This document shows positions 45,017-55,543 of a DNA stretch of 64,000 nt, in pieces. Below the pieces are notes generated by a model, which was not told the DNA's origin, did not search any database, and worked only from the letters and a program-made list of their open reading frames with translations. A program made the position numbers and the translations under genes. Source of the stretch: a virus. The stretch covers positions 43,937 to 107,936 of IMG/VR virus record IMGVR_UViG_3300022833_000005. The stretch is one strand, 5' to 3'. The stretch's first letter is position 1. Each line of letters begins with the position of its first letter.

Positions 45017-45550
45017 TTAATATGATACTACAGCAAATATTTCCCATTCACCGTCTTTTTCAGTGGTTGAAGGTTTATACTTAATTTCAGCCACTTTAGC
45101 TTCTTGTTTAATAAGATGTTTCTCAATAACAATTGTAAGTTTAGCTTTTGGATTGTTTTCTACGTGAATCCTTGCCTTTCTTATTACCTCTGCTTGACTT
45201 TCATCTTTAATTGACATATAATGTTCAGTTTCATAACGACTGCTTTTAGCTACGTACATAGTAACCCACTTTCTTGCACCTTTATTAGGAAATCTATCAA
45301 CAGTAGTTTTAACTGTATTGGTGTTAACTTTTGGTTGTCTGATGCATTTTGCTATAGCACCACTACCTTTACTAAGGTCATCTGTATCATCATAACTTTT
45401 AGATGATACTTCTCTTACACTAGGACAATTGTTCCAACCACCACTGTAATAATCATTACCATGTTCTTGTCTATCTATTTCTTGTAATCTTTTGAAAGCT
45501 TCCTGTAGAGTTCTTCCACTAATTGTCTGTCTTTTTAATATTCCTCCCAT
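45017..45550 (-). CDS. Hypothetical protein
   Basis: 177-aa ORF with G.DYYSG motif. Confidence 0.7.
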   Translation of the reverse strand: MGGILKRQTISGRTLQEAFKRLQEIDRQEHGNDYYSGGWNNCPSVREVSSKSYDDTDDLSKGSGAIAKCIRQPKVNTNTVKTTVDRFPNKGARKWVTMYVAKSSRYETEHYMSIKDESQAEVIRKARIHVENNPKAKLTIVIEKHLIKQEAKVAEIKYKPSTTEKDGEWEIFAVVSY

Positions 45551-45947
45551 TTTTAAGTTTTTTTAATTGTTTTTCTAAATTTGTTTTTTCATCATGACAT
45601 TTTGTACACAACACCTGTAAATTTTCTTGTTCACAAAACAATCTTTCAATAAAGCCTGGTAGATCTCCAGAAGAGTTTAAAGAACCTGCTGGTATTATGT
45701 GATCTACATTTATAAATTTGTCAGCAAAATACTCATTACAGCTGTTACATTTATATTCAAACTTTTGACGTTTATTTAATCCTTTGTACTTTCTTTTTAC
45801 AAGTTGTTTACATTCACTAATTGGTTTCCACCATCTACTTTTTTGTCTAAGTGCACTTCTAATCATAGACCAGAATGCTGATTCTGTCATTGTTCCAGCA
45901 TTTCTTACTTTAGGTGTTTTTGATTTTACTACTTTTTTTGGATTCAT
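45519..45947 (-). CDS. HNH endonuclease
   Basis: CNSC...VDHIIP...NLQVLCTKCH. Confidence 0.85.
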   Translation of the reverse strand: MNPKKVVKSKTPKVRNAGTMTESAFWSMIRSALRQKSRWWKPISECKQLVKRKYKGLNKRQKFEYKCNSCNEYFADKFINVDHIIPAGSLNSSGDLPGFIERLFCEQENLQVLCTKCHDEKTNLEKQLKKLKNGRNIKKTDN

Positions 45948-45964
45948 AATTTTATTAATTAAAA

Positions 45965-46000
45965 GAAGGTAACAAATTTAACGAAAAAAATGTTACCTTC
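45965..46000 (-). promoter_or_regulatory. Inverted repeat (terminator-like) overlapping a -7 promoter box (45973-45980)
   Basis: gaaggtaaca...tgttaccttc 10-bp stem; TAAATTTG on the minus strand. Confidence 0.5.
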
Positions 46001-46010
46001 CTATTAATTA

Positions 46011-47504
46011 TTAATCCACAGAAACTACTCGTTTACTAATTTCCTTCTTCATATCTTCCAAACTACCAACTATTGCACGTATGTCTATTGTAGACACATT
46101 TGGTAAATTGAATTCATACTTAGAAGTCTCAGCTACAAATCCTTGTTGCACTTTAGCTTCAAGATCTTCAAGTTCACGAATAGCATAATCTTCATCTAAC
46201 TGAAGAGTATCAAATGCAACATCATGTAAAATAGATGTAGCTTCTGATCTTGGTACAGTCATGATTGGTAAATATTCATAACATCTACCTTTATGTTCTC
46301 CAATACCAACCACCTTCATAGGGTTAATAAGAACAAGAACAGATTGATCACCACATCCTACATAATGTATTTGATCTGCTGTAAAATGTAAACCTGCAGC
46401 AGCACAATCTTGTGTAGACCAATTACAATCTTCTTTAGGCATAGTTGTTACTTTTCCTACACGAATATCAAAAGTTTTAGTCCAATCATCTGTAAACCGG
46501 TTCTCTGCTCTATTTGGTAAGTCTAAATATAAATCAGTTAACATACCTATTTCTGAACCATGATCCACTTTAGTTTGTGAAGTCCATTCATATTCTTCCA
46601 CTTCACCTGTACCATCACAATTTTCACATAACATGTTTTCATCTTCATAATCATCATAATTAATACCTTCTCCTTCACAATCTTCACAATTTGTAGATGT
46701 ATGAATTTCTTCTGTAAATAGTTTATCAGCATGTACTAATTTATACTCACCTGGACTTGTTTCAAATACAGTGTAATCACTTGGGTTCTTTTTCCAAACA
46801 GCTTTCACTTTATTATAAGTGTTAGAAACAAAATGTACAAGCTCTGGACTTCCATGTAATGTTACAACATTACGTAAAGCTACAAAGAAACCTTGTTTAG
46901 TGATACGAAAACTATTATTCTTTAAGAATCTGTATAATTCATGAGCCACTTCAGCTCTAGGATTAAGAGCACACCACATAAAGAATCTTTTTAGTGATTG
47001 ATATGGTTCATGATCAATTAGATGAACACCTAAATCATTAGCTGCACTCACTTCATTAATTAACTCCTCCACTAATAATTGTGGAAGAGATCTAGAAATA
47101 CCTTTAAAATAAACTGAGGTACCTTCTACAATAAACTCTTCACTCTCTGAAAGAATTACTAAACCTTTCTTAAGTGCTTTTATTTTAGATTCTTCTCTTT
47201 GCTTCTCAGCAAGTTCTGAAACTACATTACTATTACTAACTATTCTATATAGTTCTGCAATAGTTGATGCTTCACAAGCTGCAGCAAAATCATCTTCTGT
47301 TGCATTTGGCTTTGTTATAATGGAGGCATCTTGTAAAACAATAGTCAATGTATCATTTACCATTTTAATGTTGGTAAAAGGTTGTTGACCTTTAGTTTGG
47401 TTATCTTCTTCATCAATAAGACTATTGATTCTTTTCTCGATAACTTTTTCAATTGAATGGTCTACTTTTTCTTTGAACCAATCTAAACTTAGAAATTTAC
47501 TCAT
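46011..47504 (-). CDS. rIIB: rIIB-like protein with an inserted DnaJ-type zinc finger
   Basis: LNP...ELYRFL...IT..GFFVA.R.V and C..GLH motifs; downstream of rIIA; CEDCEGEG/CENCDGTG. Confidence 0.75.
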   Translation of the reverse strand: MSKFLSLDWFKEKVDHSIEKVIEKRINSLIDEEDNQTKGQQPFTNIKMVNDTLTIVLQDASIITKPNATEDDFAAACEASTIAELYRIVSNSNVVSELAEKQREESKIKALKKGLVILSESEEFIVEGTSVYFKGISRSLPQLLVEELINEVSAANDLGVHLIDHEPYQSLKRFFMWCALNPRAEVAHELYRFLKNNSFRITKQGFFVALRNVVTLHGSPELVHFVSNTYNKVKAVWKKNPSDYTVFETSPGEYKLVHADKLFTEEIHTSTNCEDCEGEGINYDDYEDENMLCENCDGTGEVEEYEWTSQTKVDHGSEIGMLTDLYLDLPNRAENRFTDDWTKTFDIRVGKVTTMPKEDCNWSTQDCAAAGLHFTADQIHYVGCGDQSVLVLINPMKVVGIGEHKGRCYEYLPIMTVPRSEATSILHDVAFDTLQLDEDYAIRELEDLEAKVQQGFVAETSKYEFNLPNVSTIDIRAIVGSLEDMKKEISKRVVSVD

Positions 47505-47553
47505 GTTTTTAATTTATTTAATTATTAATATTACTGTTTGTTTACTCGTTTTC

Positions 47554-49803
47554 TTATAATTCAACCTCTACAAAAGGAATATGACCTTTTAAATTATAAA
47601 ATTTCATCATATCAGATATTATTTTTTGTATTGATGATGAATTGTTATAATGTATCCTACTTATTAAAACATCTATGTAATAATGTTTACTTAGTATTGC
47701 TGAAACTTCAGTGTAAGTTCCCCAAATACTAGAATCCATTAAATATTTAGTTTTAGCTATCTCAAATATTTCTGCACATATAGTATAATTAACACCATTC
47801 TTTGGCATATATTTATTTTTATAAATATATAAATCTTTAAGATTAATAGTAAGTGCATCATGAATCTCTTTTATTTCATCTGGATCATTAAAAGCACTAG
47901 GATATTTACCTATTAAACTATTTATTGCATAACTTGTTGCTAATTGACTAAATATATCTGAACCACCTTCCATAAATTGTTCATATGATAATAAATTACT
48001 TAATTCTAAATCAGCTAAACCAAGTAATTCTCTATTTGAAACAGTAAATAATTTAACATTATTCCATTTAGCAACATTATATAACACATCCAATTTCATA
48101 AAATCATCATGACATACATAAATATGCATAGTATCAACATTATCTTCTATTGACTCAATGTTGATTTTACTTGCTACAAACTTACATTGTTTACCTTCCA
48201 CGTATCTTAATGAATCTTCTGCTATCTTACAACTAACATCTCCTGCTATTCTGGGTGCTCTGCCAGCAATAGTCACCTTGCTTTTAGATTGCATCAAAGC
48301 TTTTTTATCATCTAACCAATCTTGATCTATTTCAATATCATCTACAATAGGTAGAGGATTTATGAATTCATTAATCATCCATTGAAACTCTTTAATTACA
48401 TCTCTCCATTGGAATTTAGGAAACTTTTTTAATTCAAGAATTTGATGATATGTATCCATACCTGTACTATTTCTATGACCCAATTCATTAGATTTAACTT
48501 TCTTAATAAACTTTGTTCTATCTTTACAAATAGATCTAATGAATTGCTTTTTATTTCCTCTCATAGACTCATCAAATAAATAATAAGGTTCTCTAGGATC
48601 TTGTAATGAATCCCATCTTACATCTCTACCCCAATGATTACTTTTTATTTCATACATTCTATCATTATCTAATTTATAACGAATGCTATACTCATTAAGC
48701 AAATATCTAACATTACCTTGTTTACAGAATGCTTCAAGATTAATAAGATTCAATTCATCAATCGTAGGTTTCTTAATAGGAATTGTAGAAAATTGAAGTA
48801 TTTTACGTATATCAAATTCAGTATCTCCTATATTAATGTATCTACATTGCTCTGAGTAATAAGAAAGAGCTTCTTTTAAACCATTCCCTATTTCTATCTT
48901 TTCATTATATTTAAGAACACAGTAATTTGCTAATTCTCCAATTCTTTTTAACAAAGTATCTTTCGCAGCTCTTGTATATATTAAAGACTCTCTATTTGGT
49001 GTAGGAAATAAACCATCAGATAACTTAAATCTTAAACCTACAGGTAATTCAATTCTATCTACACCTAATTTACCAAAATCTATAGGATAATAAACATCAT
49101 CTAAACATACATGTAAATTTCTATCACTAGCTAATTCTGAAAATTGAAAGACATTAGATCTGTGTATAAGAAAATCATTATCTATACCATCTACATTAAA
49201 GAATACATTCTGAAAATATGCAAGTTGTTCTTTGATCTTATTAATAAAATCATATCTATCGTTCCAATTTACTGGTACAATAACTTTTACACCATTTGAT
49301 TCTTTTGTAGAAGCTGTGTGAAGAAGATCAATTGAATTTACTTCTTCTCCCTCATACATCATATACTTACGCTCTATTCCATCTTTTCTTGCAATGAAAT
49401 AGAAACTAGAAGTATAAGCTAATGGTGCTTTAAAACCTAAGCCCATCATTCCTAATTCTGTATCACTATCTCTTTTGGTAGATTTACCATATTTACTAAT
49501 AATGTTTCTAACATCATCATCGTCTAAACCAGTACCAAAATCCTCTACAGAGAATTCATAGTTATTAGCCTCATTGCGTACAAGAGATATAATAATAGGT
49601 TTGTCCACTTTTAATCTCCTATGACTATCCAGAGCATTACTTGCACACTCTCTAATAGTAGAACCTATTGAATCTGAATACAAATTCTTACTTAACATCT
49701 GCATTAATACTTGTGCAGAATCTAAGTCTAAGGACATTCCTATACTCTCGTTTTGTGTTCCTACTTGTAGAACATGTGATTGTTTTTGTTTTTCTAAAAT
49801 CAT
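47554..49803 (-). CDS. rIIA: rIIA-like GHKL ATPase
   Basis: LYSD...IRECASNALDSH, EDFGTGL, STKR, GLGFK, PNRESL. Confidence 0.85.
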   Translation of the reverse strand: MILEKQKQSHVLQVGTQNESIGMSLDLDSAQVLMQMLSKNLYSDSIGSTIRECASNALDSHRRLKVDKPIIISLVRNEANNYEFSVEDFGTGLDDDDVRNIISKYGKSTKRDSDTELGMMGLGFKAPLAYTSSFYFIARKDGIERKYMMYEGEEVNSIDLLHTASTKESNGVKVIVPVNWNDRYDFINKIKEQLAYFQNVFFNVDGIDNDFLIHRSNVFQFSELASDRNLHVCLDDVYYPIDFGKLGVDRIELPVGLRFKLSDGLFPTPNRESLIYTRAAKDTLLKRIGELANYCVLKYNEKIEIGNGLKEALSYYSEQCRYINIGDTEFDIRKILQFSTIPIKKPTIDELNLINLEAFCKQGNVRYLLNEYSIRYKLDNDRMYEIKSNHWGRDVRWDSLQDPREPYYLFDESMRGNKKQFIRSICKDRTKFIKKVKSNELGHRNSTGMDTYHQILELKKFPKFQWRDVIKEFQWMINEFINPLPIVDDIEIDQDWLDDKKALMQSKSKVTIAGRAPRIAGDVSCKIAEDSLRYVEGKQCKFVASKINIESIEDNVDTMHIYVCHDDFMKLDVLYNVAKWNNVKLFTVSNRELLGLADLELSNLLSYEQFMEGGSDIFSQLATSYAINSLIGKYPSAFNDPDEIKEIHDALTINLKDLYIYKNKYMPKNGVNYTICAEIFEIAKTKYLMDSSIWGTYTEVSAILSKHYYIDVLISRIHYNNSSSIQKIISDMMKFYNLKGHIPFVEVEL

Positions 49804-49810
49804 TATTTAT

Positions 49811-50023
49811 TTATTTTAATTTTTTAATAAAATAGTTTGTTACTTCTGGTATATGCTTTTTATAATACGGTTGATTGTCCATACACCATTGTTTAACTTC
49901 TTCTTTTGTTTCAAATCGTTTATGCCAGGATGAACCTGACATAATCAATATGAATGATGGCTCTAAATCATCAATAAATGATTGAACTGTCCATCCTTCC
50001 CAAATGTGTTTATTTAAATTCAT
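49811..50023 (-). CDS. Hypothetical protein
   Basis: IWEGWTV...NQPYYKK ORF. Confidence 0.7.
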   Translation of the reverse strand: MNLNKHIWEGWTVQSFIDDLEPSFILIMSGSSWHKRFETKEEVKQWCMDNQPYYKKHIPEVTNYFIKKLK

Positions 50024-50045
50024 ATTTATCTATTTACTTATTTAT

Positions 50046-50330
50046 TTATTTTCTTTTTACTAACCAAATAGCTTTATATTCAAAATCAAATCTTACATTT
50101 GGTTTATTGTCTGTGTATGGAGATGTGCTATTAGGATGAAATTTTGTTGTATTTAGTCTATTACATATTGATGCAGACCATCCTGGTATCATTGTACCAT
50201 CATATCTTTTTACTTGTTTTTGTTTAGGAGGCCTTACAATTTGCATATAGTTAAGATCTACACCTCTTACAATAACTTCATCTCCCTCTAAAAGATCTTT
50301 CATTTCAATTAATCTGTTTACATTATTCAT
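50046..50330 (-). CDS. Hypothetical protein
   Basis: 94-aa ORF, possibly paralogous to the next gene. Confidence 0.65.
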   Translation of the reverse strand: MNNVNRLIEMKDLLEGDEVIVRGVDLNYMQIVRPPKQKQVKRYDGTMIPGWSASICNRLNTTKFHPNSTSPYTDNKPNVRFDFEYKAIWLVKRK

Positions 50331-50331
50331 A

Positions 50332-50661
50332 TCAATTTATTTTTATTATTTGTTTAAAATTAAGATCTACAGATATTACAGCTGCATCATCAGCAGGTAT
50401 CTTGAATTGAAACTCTTTCCATTTTCTTACATACGCTTTATTATTATAGCCTTTATTTGTGCTTGTTTTAAATTCTACATCCACTTGACATTTTACAGCA
50501 ACATATCTAACTGTTCCATTGTAATAAGTCTTTAGTTTACTAATTCTAGGTAATTCCATCACTCTGTAGCATCTTAACTCAGCACTACAATTTGCAATAA
50601 TTATATCACCTTTCTGTAACTTTGATTGATCTGTGATCAACATATCTTCTAATTGTCTCAT
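50332..50661 (-). CDS. Hypothetical protein
   Basis: 109-aa ORF. Confidence 0.65.
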   Translation of the reverse strand: MRQLEDMLITDQSKLQKGDIIIANCSAELRCYRVMELPRISKLKTYYNGTVRYVAVKCQVDVEFKTSTNKGYNNKAYVRKWKEFQFKIPADDAAVISVDLNFKQIIKIN

Positions 50662-50671
50662 TGTTTTTAAA

Positions 50672-50893
50672 TTATTTAGGTTTATTTAAGTGCACAATAA
50701 ATTTATTTGTATCTGTATTATACTTTGGTGATACTGATACATGAATGCCATTATGAAGAATAGATAACCAACAGTAATGCTTTTTATCTTTTGCTCCAAT
50801 TGATACTTGGCCTTTTTTAACAACTGCAAGTATTGCACTCATTGCATCTTCATCTGTAATATCATTTCTAATATCAATTATTATTTTTCCCAT
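50672..50893 (-). CDS. Hypothetical protein
   Basis: 73-aa ORF, coupled to the upstream gene. Confidence 0.65.
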   Translation of the reverse strand: MGKIIIDIRNDITDEDAMSAILAVVKKGQVSIGAKDKKHYCWLSILHNGIHVSVSPKYNTDTNKFIVHLNKPK

Positions 50894-51183
50894 TATATTA
50901 TTTGTTTAGAACTATCTTCATCTACTTTGTATTTTGATTCCCAAACTGTTATGTCTTCCAATTTATTATCATCTTCTGCATCAAAGTTTATTCCTATACT
51001 AATAACATTTACATCTGTGAATTGTTCTATTTCTATCCATGAAGCTGAGTTATCACTAAATTTATCAGAATTAATTTCAACTTTATTACTAAAATTAGAA
51101 TCTTTCTGTAAAGAATTATATATTAATTCCTTTAAAGTTATTTGTTTTGCTTTAATCTTGTTACTACCTACATATATTTTCAT
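50893..51183 (-). CDS. Hypothetical protein
   Basis: 96-aa ORF. Confidence 0.6.
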   Translation of the reverse strand: MKIYVGSNKIKAKQITLKELIYNSLQKDSNFSNKVEINSDKFSDNSASWIEIEQFTDVNVISIGINFDAEDDNKLEDITVWESKYKVDEDSSKQII

Positions 51184-51281
51184 AAGTTATTTAATCAAAA
51201 GGTTCATTATTTTTATTTAAGTTTATAGATATTACTGCAATAAACATTACAATAACAAAAAGTAGGATTAATTGGTCCATA

Positions 51282-51638
51282 TCATTTGCTTTTTTTAATT
51301 CGATTTAAAATCATTGCTTTTTTTATTAGTAAATAAATCATATTATCATTAAACTTTTCAATAACTTTATCTTCAGAAGGTAGTATACCATCATCTATAT
51401 CATTAGTCATGTCATTTATAGACACCTCATGTTTTAAAAGAAAACCATCTAAGGCTTTCTCAGGTGTAATACCTCTCATTTTAGAACCTTGATTGAAATT
51501 ATGATATACATCATTATTTCTCACATACTCTTTACCTTTTACAAGAAGTAAATCTTTTAGTTCACCCAATGTATTATGGATTATTTTAAAAAAGTCTTCA
51601 TTTATTTGATCTTGTTTTGTTGCAATTTTCTTTACCAT
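51282..51638 (-). CDS. DUF1599/Nmad1-like all-helical protein
   Basis: KGKEY...HNF...KH...EK..D...YL pattern. Confidence 0.5.
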   Translation of the reverse strand: MVKKIATKQDQINEDFFKIIHNTLGELKDLLLVKGKEYVRNNDVYHNFNQGSKMRGITPEKALDGFLLKHEVSINDMTNDIDDGILPSEDKVIEKFNDNMIYLLIKKAMILNRIKKSK

Positions 51639-51650
51639 GATTATTGTGTT

Positions 51651-52373
51651 TTAAAATGGAGTTTCAACATCTTTTAACCAAGATATACTATATCCATTAT
51701 TTTCATAAATTAATGTATCTATTTTCTCAAATACCCCTTCTGAATTCCATTCAACTCCTTTATAAGAAGCACTTGCTGGATGACTAACTTTGAAGACATG
51801 TGAAAATATCCCTGTATATCTTTTGTATTTATAAGCATCTGTACCTAAGAAAAGAACTGGCACCCCTAAAGGATTAAGCACTTCTTCAAATAAGTATTTT
51901 GTAAAAGATTCCCATACCTTTATGTGACTACCAGCTTTATTTTTTTCTGTGGTTAGTGCTACATTAAGCATAAGTACTCCTTGTTTTGCTAAATAAGTTA
52001 CATCAGGACTTGGATCATAACTTAAGTTGAGTCCTCTGTGAAACTCATTCTCAAAAGCTTTATATAAATTAATAAGAGAAGGTTGCATATATTCTGTAAT
52101 AGAACATCCCATTAATAATCCATCTGCCACTGGTAAATCATTTTTAAATGTATGATAAGGACATATGCCTACCATTACAAATTTCACTTCATCAAGAGGC
52201 GTTTCTTTAAAACATCTATAGACATTAGAAGAAAGAGGGGCAATTTCTTTACCCCTTTTACTTTCCTTTTTTAAGAATGCATATATTTCATCACATTCAT
52301 TACTTTCTATAAAAGGTCTTAATTTACTATGCCATGATGGGTGGAACATTAGTTTAAAGTTTTCCCATTTCAT
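51651..52373 (-). CDS. ung: Uracil-DNA glycosylase family 1 (divergent motif A)
   Basis: Overall UNG pattern: V.V.GxxPYH, PSL.N, QGVLMLN.ALT, GSH...W, SHP. Confidence 0.8.
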   Translation of the reverse strand: MKWENFKLMFHPSWHSKLRPFIESNECDEIYAFLKKESKRGKEIAPLSSNVYRCFKETPLDEVKFVMVGICPYHTFKNDLPVADGLLMGCSITEYMQPSLINLYKAFENEFHRGLNLSYDPSPDVTYLAKQGVLMLNVALTTEKNKAGSHIKVWESFTKYLFEEVLNPLGVPVLFLGTDAYKYKRYTGIFSHVFKVSHPASASYKGVEWNSEGVFEKIDTLIYENNGYSISWLKDVETPF

Positions 52374-52377
52374 ATTT

Positions 52378-52611
52378 TTAGTTTATACATACAACATTTC
52401 CCTTTGAAGGGTTGTTTATATTTGATTGAACTTTTATATATGAATTTTCTAATCCTTCACTCAACATTACAGTTGGTGAAAAATTAACTTTTTCATATGT
52501 GTTACCTTCAGCATCTTGAGCATATATCACTTCAAAATGCTCTATCTCTGGATTATGCTTCAGCATATCTATAAGAGTATTTACATAATTCCTAAGCGTC
52601 ATGGAGCTCAA
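52378..52611 (-). CDS. Hypothetical protein
   Basis: D.EGN motif small phage protein. Confidence 0.65.
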   Translation of the reverse strand: MSSMTLRNYVNTLIDMLKHNPEIEHFEVIYAQDAEGNTYEKVNFSPTVMLSEGLENSYIKVQSNINNPSKGNVVCIN

Positions 52612-53380
52612 ATAAATCTAATTGATTAACAGTTGATATATCCATAGTCATTTCGGTATGCATAACATTAGCTGCTTTAGTAAAGAAACTATGTGCATCT
52701 GAATGATTATTTAACCAATGTCTTGCATTAGGATTTGTTTTCATTGCGTAAGTTGTATAATTATATAACTCCCATAAACTACCACTAGCTCCATAATCAT
52801 GTGTTGGATTAGTTAGTTCTCTTTTAATAATGTTCAATTGAGTAGAAGTAATAAATTTATCTTCTATGAACATTCTACCAATAAGTTCTGCTCTAACAGT
52901 ATCACTTATCTCATAAGATTTCAATTGATCTCTATCATGTTGCATTCTTGCAAAAGCATCTCCTGATTTCTTAATGTATTCAGTGATTGCATTAGGTGCA
53001 AAAGTTTGAATTTCTCCAACATGCTTCTTTTTAAATGCACCATAATCTCCTGATACCATTCCATTTTGACAGATAAATATTTGAGTTCCAATAGCAAACT
53101 TTAATGTCAGTTGCTTATTGTAACTATTCTGCCAACCAATCTGTAACTGCATTTCAGCATCTTTAACATTACTAATAGTATATCTACCATTAGCAATCTC
53201 TCCACCTTGAGTGGTCATATACTTTTCAGTTTCTAATTTAAAGCCTGATTGGTGTATACTTTCTAATGTAAGTTCCATCAACTCTTGATGACTTACAGGT
53301 TTATAAGTTTTAGTTTGAGCTGGTAATGCTGCAGATAGCATAATTTCCTTTGTTGACATAACGTCATGTAATAATTCCAT
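52592..53380 (-). CDS. DUF932/DUF945-like protein
   Basis: YKPVSH, NSYNK, IFICQNGM, SLWELYN. Confidence 0.65.
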   Translation of the reverse strand: MELLHDVMSTKEIMLSAALPAQTKTYKPVSHQELMELTLESIHQSGFKLETEKYMTTQGGEIANGRYTISNVKDAEMQLQIGWQNSYNKQLTLKFAIGTQIFICQNGMVSGDYGAFKKKHVGEIQTFAPNAITEYIKKSGDAFARMQHDRDQLKSYEISDTVRAELIGRMFIEDKFITSTQLNIIKRELTNPTHDYGASGSLWELYNYTTYAMKTNPNARHWLNNHSDAHSFFTKAANVMHTEMTMDISTVNQLDLFELHDA

Positions 53381-53382
53381 AT

Positions 53383-53568
53383 TTATTTAATTTTAAGTGA
53401 TACTTGTTTTCCTAAATGATTTGTTAAAATTTTCTGAAGTTCATTAATTTTAATGAATTGTTCTTCTGATCTATCTTCGTATAAAAAGACTATATTCTCT
53501 AATATATCTTCTTCAAGTCTATCTAATTCTGTATTTGAAAGTTTACTATTATTAATCATTTTAATCAT
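53383..53568 (-). CDS. Hypothetical protein
   Basis: 61-aa coupled ORF. Confidence 0.55.
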   Translation of the reverse strand: MIKMINNSKLSNTELDRLEEDILENIVFLYEDRSEEQFIKINELQKILTNHLGKQVSLKIK

Positions 53569-54578
53569 TTTAATATGTTTTTATTTATTAAATATTCTTC
53601 TATCACTTTAAGCCCGTGATTTTTAGCAAGATCAGCCCAATCATTAATACCTTCCTTTAGGTACATCTTAGGCACATTGCAATAATCAAATCCGTATTTA
53701 TCTGTAATCTTTCTACTATTTGCTACACCTGTTTCATCTGAATCAAATGATAATATTTGTTTTTTAGAATTCTCTCTAAGAAAAGTTACATTTTCTTCTG
53801 AGAAACATCCCATACCTTCATTCTGTACAGCACAAGAGTTTGGATATATCTTTTTCATCACCATATAATCCTTTTTGGATTTGTTAATGAAAGCGGTATC
53901 ACAATTTGTGATATCAAGTTTACCATCCATAGCTGTAATTGGAACATTATTAGGAACCCATTTATATCTCTTTTCTTTAGCAAAAGGTCTATATATCTTC
54001 CAATGTCCATCATACAAGTATCCAAACTTTAAGTCATTGTCATTTAAAACAAACTTCTTTTTGTTTAAATATAATTCACTAATTGAAAATATATTATTTT
54101 CTTTTAGGTCATCTATATCTTGATAATACCCATTCCAATAAGCTAATTCTTCATGTGTGAACTTTCTGGTCTTAACTTGTATAAAAGAATAATCTTTGAT
54201 AATTGCTTTTGGTTGTACCCAATCTTTAATTATCTCCTTATATTCTACATTATTCTTTCCAGAACCAATTCCAAGATTAAAATCATTATCAATCTTAATA
54301 AGCACATCTATAAACACAGTTATGTTAAACAAATCTTTTACAAATTGAAAACAATCACCTCGTTTACTCGTATCTCCAAAATCAATATAATTAAGAGAGT
54401 CACCTTCTTTATTACTAATTACAAATGAAGGACTTCTCTCATTTCTAAAAGGTGATAATGTTGGAACACCTATTGACCAATCATTGTTAGGCATATAAAA
54501 CTTAAATACATCATATTCAGATATTTTTAACAGTATGCTTTTTATATTTACATCTGTTTTTATTTTTCCTCTAATCAT
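53565..54578 (-). CDS. DNA primase (crAss-type, Toprim)
   Basis: SPFRNERSPSF, DFG..GD, KSKKD, FDSDETG, NDWAD. Confidence 0.8.
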   Translation of the reverse strand: MIRGKIKTDVNIKSILLKISEYDVFKFYMPNNDWSIGVPTLSPFRNERSPSFVISNKEGDSLNYIDFGDTSKRGDCFQFVKDLFNITVFIDVLIKIDNDFNLGIGSGKNNVEYKEIIKDWVQPKAIIKDYSFIQVKTRKFTHEELAYWNGYYQDIDDLKENNIFSISELYLNKKKFVLNDNDLKFGYLYDGHWKIYRPFAKEKRYKWVPNNVPITAMDGKLDITNCDTAFINKSKKDYMVMKKIYPNSCAVQNEGMGCFSEENVTFLRENSKKQILSFDSDETGVANSRKITDKYGFDYCNVPKMYLKEGINDWADLAKNHGLKVIEEYLINKNILK

Positions 54579-54590
54579 AGTTTTATAAAT

Positions 54591-54623
54591 AAAAAACCCT
54601 CAACATTTCTGAAGAGGGCTTTT
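54591..54623 (-). terminator. Intrinsic terminator
   Basis: gccctc...gagggt followed by a T-run on the minus strand. Confidence 0.7.
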
Positions 54624-54642
54624 GATTAAACAATATTAACTT

Positions 54643-55524
54643 TTAGTAATCTGAACCTTCTTCTGAAATATAATCATCAGAAGCTACAAGATTGTCTCCT
54701 GGGTTATAGTTTTCAATTTCTTTAAGAATATAATAATCCTTACATCCATATTCACCTGTAACACGCACTGCAAATTTTTCATGAGGTTTAAGATCACGAG
54801 GTTTTCTATTACGTAAACTCTTTAATGTTCTCTCATCAGTATAATCAACCAATCTGAATTGCTTCATTGTATAACCAGCTAAAAATCCTTTATTATAGAT
54901 TCCTTGATATTCTTTAGATTCACCATCACGCTCTCTAACAACAACAGTTGCTAATGCTACAACAGTATTACACCATTCACCATCAACTTGATCTTTCAAT
55001 TGTTTTACATTACCTCTCATCAACTTCCCCCAATCTAATTGTAGTTCTGTTGTAGCATGTCTGTAATCTAATTTACCTAACCATGTTCTCATGAAATCAT
55101 AAAGTTCCTCTTCACCAATAAATGCAACACGGAAGTCACGATCTTTTGTAAACCATTCCCATAAATCACTTTCATCAGCAGCCCATCCAGTCATACCTAC
55201 ACTATTAAGGTATTGCTTTTTAGTACCATCTCTATTTTCTCTTTCACGATCTTCAAGAAAGAAACTCACTTTAAAATTCTCAAGCTTTTTAACTTCTTGA
55301 AGCCATATATCTATACGCAAGTAATTATTTCCATCTTTCGTCACTCCTAAATATTCAACAGCTTTACTTTCTGGTTTAAGTTCTATATTAAGAACCTCAG
55401 AATATTCTTCTGCTGTTGGATTAATAGCAATAATGTTTGCTTCAAATAATCCTACTTTCTTTTCATAATTACTGTCTGCACCATTTCCTGGTGTATCTCT
55501 TTTTACTCCTCCAATTGTACTCAT
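54643..55524 (-). CDS. Replication protein, possibly ssDNA-binding
   Basis: Between the AAA ATPase and primase; acidic C-terminal tail. Confidence 0.5.
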   Translation of the reverse strand: MSTIGGVKRDTPGNGADSNYEKKVGLFEANIIAINPTAEEYSEVLNIELKPESKAVEYLGVTKDGNNYLRIDIWLQEVKKLENFKVSFFLEDRERENRDGTKKQYLNSVGMTGWAADESDLWEWFTKDRDFRVAFIGEEELYDFMRTWLGKLDYRHATTELQLDWGKLMRGNVKQLKDQVDGEWCNTVVALATVVVRERDGESKEYQGIYNKGFLAGYTMKQFRLVDYTDERTLKSLRNRKPRDLKPHEKFAVRVTGEYGCKDYYILKEIENYNPGDNLVASDDYISEEGSDY

Positions 55525-55543
55525 ATCTTATTGTTTTTATTTA

